Assembly: GCA_947595345.1 (NCBI GenBank)
Contig: CANQEQ010000003.1
Location: forward strand, 1 to 34,562
From: an uncultured Bacilli bacterium
GTDB taxonomy: Bacteria; Bacillota_I; Bacilli_A; RF39; UBA660
Direction of reading: 5' to 3'
DNA length: 34,562 nucleotides
This document shows, one piece after another, positions 18,781 to 28,959 of this stretch (position 1 is its first letter; the number at the start of each line of letters is the position of its first letter). The notes beneath the pieces are model-generated. The model did no database searches. It was given only the letters and a program-made list of their open reading frames with translations, and was not told where the DNA came from. Both the position numbers and the translations under genes were made by a program.

Positions 18781-19890
18781 TTATAATAAATACCACAATT
18801 TTTTATTATTTTTTCTAACCTCGTCTATTATTCCCCCAGCAATTACCATATCATTTAGATAAATAACACAGGCTTGACCAGGAGTAACAGCTTTAACATT
18901 ATCATAATGAACTATCATATTATTATTATCTAAATACTCAATAGTACAGTCAATATCAGCTTGACGATAACGAAATTTTGCTTTAGCTTCAAGGGGCCTT
19001 AAATCACTTAAATAATTAACATCTGTAACTAAGCAACTATCACTTTTTAAATACTCATTATCACTTTTAAAGGAAACATATAAAATATTTTTTTCTAAGT
19101 TCTTACCAACTACAAACATTTTATCTTGATTACCACCAATATTAAGTCCTTTTCTTTGACCAATTGTATAGTACATCAACCCTTGATGCTCCCCTACTTT
19201 CTTATTAGTATCTATATCAATTACAACTCCAGGCATACTCGGCAAATAATTTTTTAAAAATTCTTTAAAATTTCTTTCTCCGATAAAACATATACCCGTT
19301 GAGTCTTTCTTTTTAGCCGTTACTAAATCATATTCCAAAGCGATTTTTCTGACCTCGTCTTTTTTCATATCTCCAATTGGAAATAAGACATTTTGAAATT
19401 TATCCCGACTTACTTCAGCTAAGAAATAGGATTGGTCTTTATTATCATCAAGACCTTTTAAAAGATTTCCATCTTTAAGTCTTGCATAATGACCAGTTGC
19501 TATATAATCAGCTCCTAATTTTTTAGCTTCTCTTATAAAATAATCAAACTTAATATATTTATTACACATTAAATCTGGATTAGGAGTTCTACCTTTTTTT
19601 AGTTCGTCTAAAAAATAAGTAAATACAAAATCCCAATATTCTTTTACAAAATCAACTCTATGTAAAGGAATATTTAACTTTTCACATACTTTTTTAGCAT
19701 CATTATAATCAACTTCTTGAGGACAAATAGAATTATTTAAGTTAGGATTACCTAGATAATCATTATTAATACCACTATCCCAATTTCTCATGAAAAGTCC
19801 AATTACTTCATATCCAGCTTTTTGTAACATAATAGCAGCAACGGAAGAATCCACCCCACCAGACATTCCAATTACAACCTTTTTTTTCAT
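18781..19890 (-). CDS. mnmA: tRNA 2-thiouridine(34) synthase
   Basis: MSGGVDSS, TPNPDLMCN, ATGHY, KDQSYFL, KKDSTGICFIGE, YTIGQRKGL, TPGQ. Confidence 0.98.
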   Translation of the reverse strand: MKKKVVIGMSGGVDSSVAAIMLQKAGYEVIGLFMRNWDSGINNDYLGNPNLNNSICPQEVDYNDAKKVCEKLNIPLHRVDFVKEYWDFVFTYFLDELKKGRTPNPDLMCNKYIKFDYFIREAKKLGADYIATGHYARLKDGNLLKGLDDNKDQSYFLAEVSRDKFQNVLFPIGDMKKDEVRKIALEYDLVTAKKKDSTGICFIGERNFKEFLKNYLPSMPGVVIDIDTNKKVGEHQGLMYYTIGQRKGLNIGGNQDKMFVVGKNLEKNILYVSFKSDNEYLKSDSCLVTDVNYLSDLRPLEAKAKFRYRQADIDCTIEYLDNNNMIVHYDNVKAVTPGQACVIYLNDMVIAGGIIDEVRKNNKKLWYLL

Positions 19891-19920
19891 ATAACATCAC
19901 CAAACTAAACATATTATACA

Positions 19921-20550
19921 TCATTTTATTAGAAAAGTAAAAAGTTTCATGATAAAATCTGCTAAATATGTCTCATAAAGAGTAGAAATTATTAAAATTA
20001 AGATAGCAATTAAAGAAATTTTTAAATATTTTAAACCAATTTCATGAAAATTATATTGTTTTTTAAAAAATATAGCTTTAAATATTTTAAGTGATAAATT
20101 AATTCCATGAAAGGATAATAATAAATAAGTAATTAAATTAATAATTGCACCTGGAAAAACATAAAATATACCTAATAAAATACCTTTAAAGCCATAAGTA
20201 ATAATTATTATTCCAAGTGAAAATCCTATTATAAAGCTCTTAAAATATAAAATAAAGGGGTTTAATAAAACTCCTATAATTGATAAACTAAAAATTATAA
20301 TCAAAAAGAAATAAAGAAAATTAGTACTACTTATATTAAGTAAGTTTTTTAAATAGTTAACTTCTGCTCCATTTTTAAGATTTAAAAAGTAAGTTTCTAC
20401 GATATTTACCATTTCTTTTTTATCATTATAACTTAATACATTAGCAAGAATTATTCCAGATAGAAAGCCAATTAAAATAATTGTTAATAGGAAGATATAC
20501 TTGTATTTATTTTTTTCTAAATTATTTTTAAATATTAATTTCTTTTTCAT
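19921..20550 (-). CDS. spoIIM: Stage II sporulation protein M
   Basis: 209-aa multi-TM protein; S..G......LYFKSFIIGFSLG, G.KG......VFP, C-terminal STLYETY. Confidence 0.8.
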   Translation of the reverse strand: MKKKLIFKNNLEKNKYKYIFLLTIILIGFLSGIILANVLSYNDKKEMVNIVETYFLNLKNGAEVNYLKNLLNISSTNFLYFFLIIIFSLSIIGVLLNPFILYFKSFIIGFSLGIIIITYGFKGILLGIFYVFPGAIINLITYLLLSFHGINLSLKIFKAIFFKKQYNFHEIGLKYLKISLIAILILIISTLYETYLADFIMKLFTFLIK

Positions 20551-20582
20551 TATCTCACCATCTAATGATATGCTTTAGAAAT

Positions 20583-20610
20583 AAAAAAAAGTACAATTAA
20601 ATGTACTTTT
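20583..20610 (-). terminator. Terminator after rseP
   Basis: AAAAGTACA-attaaa-TGTACTTTT with a long T-run on -. Confidence 0.7.
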
Positions 20611-21679
20611 AGAATAATCTTAATATGTCATTGAAGGTTACATAGATAAGTAAAGCAAGTAATAAGAAGAAACCTATGTTATGAATTAAATTCTCAGTTT
20701 CGGCTTTTACAGGACTACCTTTAATTTTTTCAATTACGAGGAATAAAATCCGACCACCATCAAAGGCTGGGAATGGAATTAAGTTCATAATACCTACATT
20801 GATACTAAGAAGAGCCACTAAAGTTAAAACACTATACCAACCAGCACTTCTTGTCTCATCAACTGCTGAATAAATACCAACTGGTCCTGATAATTGATTT
20901 AAGCCTACTCCTCCTGTAAATAATTCTTTTAAAGTTATAAATACTTGTCTTGATATAGAATAGAACTTTTGAAAACCATATTTTAAAGACCTTAAAAAGC
21001 CTCTTCGCATGGTATTATCAAATTGAATACCAAAACTATAACCTTTTTCTTTTAATTCTTCACCCTTTAAAGGTGTAACCTTATATTTTAATTCTTTGTT
21101 ATCTCTTAAAACAGTGAAAGTTGTTTCTTTCTCACCAGCTATAGTAAGATATAATTCTACATCATCTAAAGTCTTAGTTCTATTGTTATTAATAGCAATT
21201 ATGGTGTCTCCACTTTGAAGACCAGCAACTTCCATTGGTGAACTTTCTATTACCTTTGGTATTTCAGTAGATAAAGTAGGACTACCAAAAATTAAAGCTG
21301 ATAATATTAAAACTAAAATAGCTAAAATAAAGTTATTGCCAGCTCCAAAAAACATTACTAAAAATCTTTGCCAAACTGGTTTTCCTTGAAGTAGATGTTC
21401 TTTAGGAATTTTCTCATCTTCTATTGCCCCTTCTCCGGCTAATTGAACAAATCCTCCAATTGGAATAGCTCTAATACAATAAGTTGTTTCACTTACTTTT
21501 TTCTTTTTTTGTTTCTTCTTCTCTTGATGTTTTTTACTAGTCCAAATAGCTGGACCCATACCTATTGAAAATTCATATACATGAATTTTAAACATCTTAG
21601 CAAAGATAAAATGTCCAAATTCATGAACTAAAACAATAATACCTAAAATAAATACAAAATATATAATTGATACAATCAT
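20609..21679 (-). CDS. rseP: RIP metalloprotease RseP/RasP (M50, PDZ)
   Basis: HEFGH, FSIGMGP, PIGGFV, PDZ GLQSGD, NLIPFPAFDGG. Confidence 0.95.
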   Translation of the reverse strand: MIVSIIYFVFILGIIVLVHEFGHFIFAKMFKIHVYEFSIGMGPAIWTSKKHQEKKKQKKKKVSETTYCIRAIPIGGFVQLAGEGAIEDEKIPKEHLLQGKPVWQRFLVMFFGAGNNFILAILVLILSALIFGSPTLSTEIPKVIESSPMEVAGLQSGDTIIAINNNRTKTLDDVELYLTIAGEKETTFTVLRDNKELKYKVTPLKGEELKEKGYSFGIQFDNTMRRGFLRSLKYGFQKFYSISRQVFITLKELFTGGVGLNQLSGPVGIYSAVDETRSAGWYSVLTLVALLSINVGIMNLIPFPAFDGGRILFLVIEKIKGSPVKAETENLIHNIGFFLLLALLIYVTFNDILRLF

Positions 21680-21687
21680 ATTTCCTC

Positions 21688-22476
21688 CTAATATAAATTA
21701 CTTATAAGTATATATGTAATTGCTACAAAAATAATACTATCAAGTCTATCTAAAACTCCACCATGACCAGGAATTAAATTACTAAAATCTTTTATTTTTT
21801 CATATCTTTTAATGCTTGATTTAACTAAATCTCCAATTTGACCTATAATACTTAAAAATAAGGTTAAAACAATGATTATAAAGATATTTTTATTACTTAT
21901 TAAAAAGAAATATATAAGTGTTCCGGACATAGTTCCTGCCATAGTCCCGGCAATTGCTCCTTCTAAAGATTTATTTGGTGAAATATCTGGAAAAATCTTA
22001 TGTTTACCGAATTTACTTCCTATTAAATAAGCAAATGTATCAGTTAAAATGGTAATTCCAAATAAATACACTAAATAATATATTCCTAGATTTCTTAAAT
22101 AAATTAAATTATTAAAAGCTAAACCTATAAAGAATGTAGAAGCTATTAAATAAAAAGCATCTTTATAATTATATTTCTTTTGATTATTAATAAATACTAA
22201 TAATATTAAATAAATAAGTGGGATTAAAAGTAAAACTTTATAATCAACAGCTAAAAGTAAATTATTAAATAATAAATTATAAAGAATTAAAATAGCTGTA
22301 AATATATGAGTTATTATTACTACATAAATAGGTAAATTCTTCCGAAATTTTAATAATTCATGAAGTGCAATCATACCAAGAAGTAAAATCAGACCTGCAA
22401 ACGGCAGTTTTCCAATTATTAATAAGGGAATAAAAACTATAAGCATTATGATAGCACTGATAATTCTTTGTTTCAT
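21688..22476 (-). CDS. cdsA: Phosphatidate cytidylyltransferase
   Basis: DTFAY..G..FGK, ISPNKSLEG, GDL..S.IKR...IKD...LIPGHGGVLDRLDS; GGAGG RBS favours the ATG at 22476. Confidence 0.95.
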   Translation of the reverse strand: MKQRIISAIIMLIVFIPLLIIGKLPFAGLILLLGMIALHELLKFRKNLPIYVVIITHIFTAILILYNLLFNNLLLAVDYKVLLLIPLIYLILLVFINNQKKYNYKDAFYLIASTFFIGLAFNNLIYLRNLGIYYLVYLFGITILTDTFAYLIGSKFGKHKIFPDISPNKSLEGAIAGTMAGTMSGTLIYFFLISNKNIFIIIVLTLFLSIIGQIGDLVKSSIKRYEKIKDFSNLIPGHGGVLDRLDSIIFVAITYILISNLY

Positions 22477-22539
22477 ATAGCCTCCAATAAAAATTATACC
22501 TTCTATATAGAAAAATAGCAAGAAAAAAAGAGTAATTTC

Positions 22540-22821
22540 TTACTCATTCACGTAAACACTAGCTACTGTTCTTGAACCTTTATGTTCATATTTTAAAGTT
22601 CCAGATACAGTTGTATATAAAGTGTCATCACTACCCTTTTTAACGTTTAATCCAGGATGTATTTTAGTTCCTCTTTGACGATAAATAATAGAACCAGCTG
22701 TAATATATTCACCGTCTCCGGCTTTGGCTCCAAGCCTACGACCTTTAGAATCACGTCCATTTGTAGAAGAACCTTGTCCTTTTTTATGTGCAAATAATTG
22801 AATATTTAATTCTAATTTCAT
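22540..22821 (-). CDS. rpmA: 50S ribosomal protein L27 with cleavable N-terminal extension
   Basis: [25 protein letters not shown]; IIYRQRGTK. Confidence 0.98.
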   Translation of the reverse strand: MKLELNIQLFAHKKGQGSSTNGRDSKGRRLGAKAGDGEYITAGSIIYRQRGTKIHPGLNVKKGSDDTLYTTVSGTLKYEHKGSRTVASVYVNE

Positions 22822-22827
22822 ATCTTT

Positions 22828-23121
22828 CTACCTTTCTATAATTTTTATATTTTTAGGATAATCTTTACTTAATTTTGTTAATAATTCCATCATATTATCT
22901 ATTAACTTTAAAGTAACATTATCACGTTTTTTTAAAAAAATCTTTAAAGTATCATTTTTATATTCATGACTTATAGCATCTTTTTTTAAGGCAATTATTC
23001 CATTTATAGTTGTAATTACAATACTTGAAATACTACTACAAACAATATCTTTACCAAAATCAGCATATAAAGCATGACCTTTTATTACAATACTATTATC
23101 AGTTTTTTCAATAGTTACCAT
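22828..23121 (-). CDS. prp: Ribosomal-processing cysteine protease Prp
   Basis: KGHA..., DIVCSSIS, YPKNIK; lies between rplU and rpmA; ATG at 23121 directly after the rplU stop. Confidence 0.93.
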   Translation of the reverse strand: MVTIEKTDNSIVIKGHALYADFGKDIVCSSISSIVITTINGIIALKKDAISHEYKNDTLKIFLKKRDNVTLKLIDNMMELLTKLSKDYPKNIKIIER

Positions 23122-23122
23122 A

Positions 23123-23422
23123 TTAACCAATTTTTTTAATTTCTACTTTTGTATATGGTTGTCTATGTCCTTGTTTCTTTCTAGTAGAAGTTGTATTAGG
23201 CTTATATTTAAAGATTTTGATTTTAGAACCTTTGCCATGTTTTATGATTTCTCCAAGAACACGAGCTCCTTTTACATTTGGGTTTCCAACTGTTTTATCT
23301 AACATAAGTACTTCGTCAAAAGTAACTTTATCGCCAGCTTTACCATCTAATTTTTCAACATAGATAACGCTACCTTCTTCTACACAGTATTGTTTACCAC
23401 CTGTTTTAATAACTGCTTTCAT
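23123..23422 (-). CDS. rplU: 50S ribosomal protein L21
   Basis: AVIKTGGKQY.V, GHRQPYT. Confidence 0.98.
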   Translation of the reverse strand: MKAVIKTGGKQYCVEEGSVIYVEKLDGKAGDKVTFDEVLMLDKTVGNPNVKGARVLGEIIKHGKGSKIKIFKYKPNTTSTRKKQGHRQPYTKVEIKKIG

Positions 23423-23437
23423 ATATTCCTCCTTTTC

Positions 23438-23512
23438 TTAAGACTCGCTTTTAAGGTACAAATAAATTGTTTCTAAACCTTTTCAATGCGGTTTGAGCTA
23501 GAAGGCTTCAAA
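23438..23512 (-). promoter_or_regulatory. L21 ribosomal leader RNA
   Basis: On -: ...AACCGCA...AAGGT...ACCTT...GCGAGTC upstream of rplU, recalling the Firmicutes L21 leader; promoter TTGACT-17-TAAAAT with TG at about 23548..23520. Confidence 0.7.
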
Positions 23513-23559
23513 CATATAGATTTTACCATATAATATATGATAAGTCAAACAAAATTTGC

Positions 23560-25335
23560 CTATTTTAAGCTTTTTCTTTTAATAATTTCCTCTGGTTTTA
23601 AAACTTCATACCTTGTTTCTATTTTATAATCAAACTTTAAAGGTAAAATTAACCCTGTTATATCTTTTATATTAGGAAGTCTTAAAGTCTCCTCTTCTAT
23701 TTTAGAAGGTAAAATTGTATTAGATATTTCTCTTAACCAATAAATATTTGCTTTTTTTCCAATATAATCAGGTAAAGTAGAATTAATTAATTTAATAGCA
23801 CCCAACAAATTCAAGTCATCTCTTAAAAACTTTGGAAAAGAAATATTTTTAAGTGTTGCATCTTCAATTAAAAAACAATGCATATTTAAAGAGCCATATA
23901 CTTCTTTTGGAAAAACTATATTATCTAGAAAACCATTTACATCAAATTCAATATTGCCATACAGTTTTTCAGTTAAAAATTTAATATTACTTCTATCTTG
24001 CCAATTAGAAATTTTTATATTTCCAACTATAATTTGAGGTGTTATTAATAAGTTATCACTATCTAATAAAAAATCACCATAATAAACTTTAGTTAGATTT
24101 GTAATTTCTGTTTCTAAAATAGCTACTTCTTCTTTTTGACAATTAAAAATTCTACTTAAATCACTTTTAATATCCCGACTTTTAATTATTTCAGAAACTC
24201 TAATATCCCCATCATAGCCAAAGCCAATTATTTTATTATCAAGTTGATATAAAAATCTAAGTTCTTCTATACTTAATTCTTGTTTAGCTTCATTTTTATT
24301 ATAAATTTTTGTAACCTCTTCCATATCTTCTAATTTTTTATAATGTAAATCATTTTTAAAATAGGTATTAAGCATAGTTTTTAAAACATCTGTAAGTTCT
24401 GCTTCTACATCTTGACTCTTCCCTACTCCTCTTATTTCAGCAATTGCTTCATCTTCCATCCGAATAGCAATTCTTGGTATTTTAAATTCGTTATTCAAAT
24501 CTTTGGTAAAATAGATATAAAAGTCTCCCCTTTCAAGTTGACTTTTAGCAACACTTAAAACAGCTGTACACCAATTAGTATTATAACCTTCTATGCTTTC
24601 TACAAGTAAAGACGGATTACTAAACCTTGGAAAATGAACCCACATTCCTTCGTTATTTTCATTTTCTTTTTCATCTTTAGTAATTTTCTTTAAAAAATAA
24701 GGATAAATTTTAGAAAATGAACCAGTTTTAACAATATTTTCTATTTCTTTATTATCTAAGGCATCATTCTTTAAATATTCTATTAAATTTAAAACAGTTT
24801 CTTGAAAGGCTTTTTTATTAAGTTCTATAAAAGGTGATATAGTATTTATTCCTCTATGATTATAAGAATTAGTATCATCATCAAAGCTTCCGATTTTAAG
24901 TATTCCTTTTAAAGCCCAATATTTAACCCAAAAAGGATAAGTATTGTCTTCTAAAAACAAATAATTAAGCCAAACATCTAAACTTTTCTTTTGATTATTG
25001 ATTACTTCTTTAATGACACTTTCTTCATAATTATCATTTAAAAGATTACCATAACCTTTTTCTAATAAAATTCTTTTTCTAAATTCTAAATAACTATTTT
25101 TTATATTTTCTTTTTTTATAATATATTTAGAATATATAACTTCATATAAATATTTAAGGTGCTCTTTAGCAAGTAATTTAGTTTCTATAGCTTCTAATTT
25201 CTTAAGATATTCTTTAATATTTTCAAATTTAGCATATTTATTACCACTTGTATGTCTTAATAATTGAAAGTTTAAATATAAACTTTTATCTAAATTAGAA
25301 ATTAATCTAATAGCTTTAGTTTCTAAATTCTCCAT
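23560..25335 (-). CDS. Hypothetical protein with a central PcfJ-like domain and C-terminal LRR-like repeats
   Basis: TNWCTA, GDFYIYF, PRIAIRM, EIRG..KSQ; ~22-aa periodic tail; GGTG RBS. Confidence 0.7.
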   Translation of the reverse strand: MENLETKAIRLISNLDKSLYLNFQLLRHTSGNKYAKFENIKEYLKKLEAIETKLLAKEHLKYLYEVIYSKYIIKKENIKNSYLEFRKRILLEKGYGNLLNDNYEESVIKEVINNQKKSLDVWLNYLFLEDNTYPFWVKYWALKGILKIGSFDDDTNSYNHRGINTISPFIELNKKAFQETVLNLIEYLKNDALDNKEIENIVKTGSFSKIYPYFLKKITKDEKENENNEGMWVHFPRFSNPSLLVESIEGYNTNWCTAVLSVAKSQLERGDFYIYFTKDLNNEFKIPRIAIRMEDEAIAEIRGVGKSQDVEAELTDVLKTMLNTYFKNDLHYKKLEDMEEVTKIYNKNEAKQELSIEELRFLYQLDNKIIGFGYDGDIRVSEIIKSRDIKSDLSRIFNCQKEEVAILETEITNLTKVYYGDFLLDSDNLLITPQIIVGNIKISNWQDRSNIKFLTEKLYGNIEFDVNGFLDNIVFPKEVYGSLNMHCFLIEDATLKNISFPKFLRDDLNLLGAIKLINSTLPDYIGKKANIYWLREISNTILPSKIEEETLRLPNIKDITGLILPLKFDYKIETRYEVLKPEEIIKRKSLK

Positions 25336-25375
25336 AAAAAATCACCACTTGTTAGAATATCATACTTTTTAAATA

Positions 25376-25425
25376 AAAAAAATAAAAACTTAAGATTTTA
25401 TAGTAAAAAACTATAAACTTAAGCT
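25376..25425 (-). terminator. Terminator after the xse operon
   Basis: CTTAAG.TTTATAG...CTATAAA.CTTAAG hairpin with a T-run on -. Confidence 0.6.
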
Positions 25426-26265
25426 TTATTTACTTTCTTTATAAGTAGTTTTAATACTTTCTAAAGTTAAATTCTTATTAATTAATTTTAAATCAACAAC
25501 TTTACTTCCAACATATCTATAAGTGTCATTGTCTTTAGCTTCAAGAGCAAAAACTAAGGTAACTTTATCTCCATCTATCTTTTGATAAGCTAAATTATGT
25601 CTTAAAGTTTCAAATTCAAACTCTGAGAAAGTTAATACTATATTAGAATTATCTTTATATAATCTAATTGTATCTCCCTCAAGATATTCTTGCTCAATTG
25701 TTAAATCAACATCACTTATATTTAAGTAATTTTTAAAATAAGTTAAAAGTGTCTTATAAGGCATAGTAATCTTCGTTGTTAAACAATATTTTTCATTATC
25801 ACTACACATTTCTAATTTATCAGTACTTCCCCAAATTAAATAAGTAGCTATCTCTGTTAATTTTTGATTATCAATTTTTTCTTTATCATAATTTTCTACA
25901 TTATATAACATAACTCTAGAATTAATTATATAATTATCAATCATAGTTGAAGTAATACCATAATCTTTTTCAGATATATCTTTACAAGCATCTTGTAAAT
26001 TATCTTGAGGTTTTAAATAATTATTATAAATTACAAATATTATTAATAATAAGGCTATAAATATAATAATTGTAAAAAGAATACTCGTAAATGATTGAAT
26101 AGTATCATTCAAATTTTTAGGTTTATTCTCTTTAATTGGTTCAACTTCTAAAATCTTTTTTCCTTTAGTACTTTTAGAAGTAGTCGTCTTTTTAGTCTCA
26201 TTTGTCTTTAAATTTTTTTTATTTTTAGTATTTTTATTTGGTGTTTTTTTCTTATTGTCTTTCAT
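25426..26265 (-). CDS. Hypothetical membrane-anchored protein
   Basis: Lys/Asn/Thr-rich N-terminus, one TM segment, ~200-aa soluble domain. Confidence 0.8.
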   Translation of the reverse strand: MKDNKKKTPNKNTKNKKNLKTNETKKTTTSKSTKGKKILEVEPIKENKPKNLNDTIQSFTSILFTIIIFIALLLIIFVIYNNYLKPQDNLQDACKDISEKDYGITSTMIDNYIINSRVMLYNVENYDKEKIDNQKLTEIATYLIWGSTDKLEMCSDNEKYCLTTKITMPYKTLLTYFKNYLNISDVDLTIEQEYLEGDTIRLYKDNSNIVLTFSEFEFETLRHNLAYQKIDGDKVTLVFALEAKDNDTYRYVGSKVVDLKLINKNLTLESIKTTYKESK

Positions 26266-26270
26266 ATTAC

Positions 26271-26501
26271 CTACTCTTCTACTTCAAATTCTTCTAATGT
26301 TCCATCACTTTTTACTATTTTATTTATCATATCGGTAGCTGTTTTTAGCTTCTTGTCACAAAGCTTAGCAATAGTTGATGCTTCATTAAACTTATTTATA
26401 GCATCATCAAGCATAACATCACCACTTTCAAGCTCCCGAACAATTGTTTCTAATTTTTTGATATTCTCTTCAAAACTTAATTCTTTTTCATTCGCTTTCA
26501 T
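26271..26501 (-). CDS. xseB: Exodeoxyribonuclease VII small subunit
   Basis: SFEE....LE.IV.ELESG...LDDAI..F.E......C...L..A. Confidence 0.93.
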   Translation of the reverse strand: MKANEKELSFEENIKKLETIVRELESGDVMLDDAINKFNEASTIAKLCDKKLKTATDMINKIVKSDGTLEEFEVEE

Positions 26502-27210
26502 AATTTCTCCTTTTCATTATAATTTTCTCATGTTTTTCTTCTTCGTCTTTTTCTAATACTTCATTATTCATTCTTACAGCAAATATTTCATGTCCTCTAA
26601 AATTTAACCATAAGAATATTTTTAATTGTAATTCTTGCTCTGGACTTTTCATATCTAAAGTTTCTTCATTTAATAAAAAGTCTTTAAAGGCTAAAATATC
26701 TAAATTTTCACTTACTTCAATATAAATATTTATTTTAGTTTCTAAATTTTTATTTTTATAGATAAAAACATAATGTTTAAAATCTATACCATCACTTGAG
26801 GCTACAAGATAATCTAAGCCTTTACTTGTATATTTTCTTTCTAAAAAAGTTTTCTTTTTAGTATTATAATATATGGTTTTAACATGTCTTAAATCTTTAT
26901 TTTTAAAGGTATATTCTAAAATATAATCTGAGTATTCCGGGTGAACTCTAATTCTTTTCTTGGAAATATTTATTTCTATATCATAATTTATAAAATCAAG
27001 ATTAGAAGTAGCTTTTACTTTAAGTTCATATATACCATCAGTTCCTTCTAACTCTTTTATATTAATACTTTCTATTTTATAGATTAAATTAGAATTTAAA
27101 CTTGTAAAAACTAAATCAATAAGCTTAGGAATACTAACTAAAGTCTCCGTAAATATAGAACGTATTTCTTTTTTTATTCTTAAATTATTAGTATTAATAT
27201 TTAGCTCCAT
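26488..27210 (-). CDS. Hypothetical protein inserted between xseA and xseB
   Basis: 240-aa ORF from the ATG at 27210 (GAGG RBS); overlaps both neighbours; no motif recognised. Confidence 0.75.
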   Translation of the reverse strand: MELNINTNNLRIKKEIRSIFTETLVSIPKLIDLVFTSLNSNLIYKIESINIKELEGTDGIYELKVKATSNLDFINYDIEINISKKRIRVHPEYSDYILEYTFKNKDLRHVKTIYYNTKKKTFLERKYTSKGLDYLVASSDGIDFKHYVFIYKNKNLETKINIYIEVSENLDILAFKDFLLNEETLDMKSPEQELQLKIFLWLNFRGHEIFAVRMNNEVLEKDEEEKHEKIIMKRRNYESE

Positions 27211-28537
27211 ATATTTCTTTAACCTCACTTTCTAAATACCCCTCATTTATTCTTGTTTTAATAATATCACCTTTTGCTACTTCTTCTAATTTAGTAATTG
27301 CTTTTTCATTTTTAGTTGTAATTGAATAACCTCTTTTAATAGTAGTAATGGGATTTAAAACTTCAACCTTATTTAGTAAGTTAAGATAGTTATTTTCTTT
27401 TTCTTTTAAATAATCTTTTCCAAGGTTTTTAATTTTTTTAATTAAATCATTATATAAATATATATCATCAATTAATAAGACTTTCGGATTTTTAAATACA
27501 AAGCTTTTTTTAAGTTCTTCTAATTTAGTACTCTTATTAAGAATATATAAATTCATACTTTTAATTAAATTTTCATATAAATTAGAAAATGCTTGTTCTT
27601 TAATTTCATAAATTCGTTTTGGATTTTTAAATACTTGACTATTTTCTAAACTGGTAAGTTTTTCATTATAAATACTTACTTTATGAAGTAAAGCTTTTTT
27701 AAGTCTAATAGTTACTTGCTCTAAATAATTTAAAACATCCGGAAGATTAGGAACGGCCATTTCAGCAGCTCCAGTTGGCGTTGGAGCTCTTTTATCAGCT
27801 ACAAAATCAGCAATTGTAAAATCTATTTCATGACCAACAGCTGATATTATAGGAACCTTGGAATTATAAATAGCTCTAGCTACACATTCTTCATTAAAAG
27901 GCCACAAATCTTCAATAGAGCCTCCACCTCTACCAACAATTAAAACATCTATATCATAAGTATTAGCAAGTTCAATTTTTTTTACAATATCATTCTTAGC
28001 AAGTTCTCCTTGAACAAGAGATGGGAAAAGAATTGTTTCAGCAATTGGCCAACGTCTTTTAATCGTAGATAAAATATCTTTAATAGCTGCTCCTGTTGGA
28101 GCTGTTATAATTCCAATTTTTTTAGGAATTTTAGGTATTCTTTTTTTATGTTCTTCTTTAAATAAACCTTCTTTATTTAGTTTTTCTTTAAGTCTTTCAA
28201 AAGCTAAATACAAATTACCAAAGCCATCTTCTTCCATATTTTCAACAATAATTTGATAACTACCACTAGCTTCATATACCGTAATTCTTCCTACTACTAA
28301 AACTTTCATACCATCAGTCGGTGGAAATTTAACTTTTATTGCATTATTTTGAAACATAATTGCACTTATTCTAGAATTTTCATCTTTAAGTGTAAAATAG
28401 AAATGTCCCCGAGAATGTTTTTTAAAATTTGATATTTCACCTTTTAGAAAAACTACTCCTAAATTAGGGTCATTATCAATTTTATATTTTATATATCTAT
28501 TTAATTGACTTACGGTAATATAATCATTCTTTTCCAT
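27194..28537 (-). CDS. xseA: Exodeoxyribonuclease VII large subunit
   Basis: GEISNFK.H..GHFYFTLKD, RGGGSIEDLWPFN, SAVGHEID, RAPTPTGAAE, KRGYS. Confidence 0.97.
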   Translation of the reverse strand: MEKNDYITVSQLNRYIKYKIDNDPNLGVVFLKGEISNFKKHSRGHFYFTLKDENSRISAIMFQNNAIKVKFPPTDGMKVLVVGRITVYEASGSYQIIVENMEEDGFGNLYLAFERLKEKLNKEGLFKEEHKKRIPKIPKKIGIITAPTGAAIKDILSTIKRRWPIAETILFPSLVQGELAKNDIVKKIELANTYDIDVLIVGRGGGSIEDLWPFNEECVARAIYNSKVPIISAVGHEIDFTIADFVADKRAPTPTGAAEMAVPNLPDVLNYLEQVTIRLKKALLHKVSIYNEKLTSLENSQVFKNPKRIYEIKEQAFSNLYENLIKSMNLYILNKSTKLEELKKSFVFKNPKVLLIDDIYLYNDLIKKIKNLGKDYLKEKENNYLNLLNKVEVLNPITTIKRGYSITTKNEKAITKLEEVAKGDIIKTRINEGYLESEVKEIYGAKY

Positions 28538-28937
28538 TTAAGTCCTCATTATGATAAATTTTATCTAAACAAGCATTTATCATTTTAGTAACATTTGTAT
28601 CACTGTAAGTTTTAGAAAGTTCTATAGTCTCATTAATACAAACAATTGAAGGAGTATTAGTATACATAAGTTCATAAATACCTAAACTTAAAATAGCTTT
28701 ATCTACTTTACTTAACCTATCAATTGTCCAATTAGTTAAATATTTATTAGCTAACTCTGATATTTCCTCTTGCTTCTTGATAATTCCCATAACAGTATCT
28801 TTAACAAAAGCATTTTCAATTTCTAATTGTTCATGAATAAGAGTTTCTACATCATATTTAACCTTCGTTTTTTCTAAAATATAAACTTGATATAATACTT
28901 TAATTATAATATCTCGTAATTGACTTCTGTTTTTCAC
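28524..28937 (-). CDS. nusB: Transcription antitermination factor NusB
   Basis: R...R....VLYQ, WTIDRLSKVDKAIL, INETIELSK, INACLD. Confidence 0.93.
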   Translation of the reverse strand: MKNRSQLRDIIIKVLYQVYILEKTKVKYDVETLIHEQLEIENAFVKDTVMGIIKKQEEISELANKYLTNWTIDRLSKVDKAILSLGIYELMYTNTPSIVCINETIELSKTYSDTNVTKMINACLDKIYHNEDLNGKE

Positions 28938-28959
28938 TTAAATCACCAAGATAATTGTA

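Noticed and set aside
22540-23422. N-terminally extended L27 with prp
   Set aside because: Well-established Firmicutes arrangement, not novel
26353-26556. 67-aa plus-strand ORF
   Set aside because: Antisense to xseB and the adjacent gene
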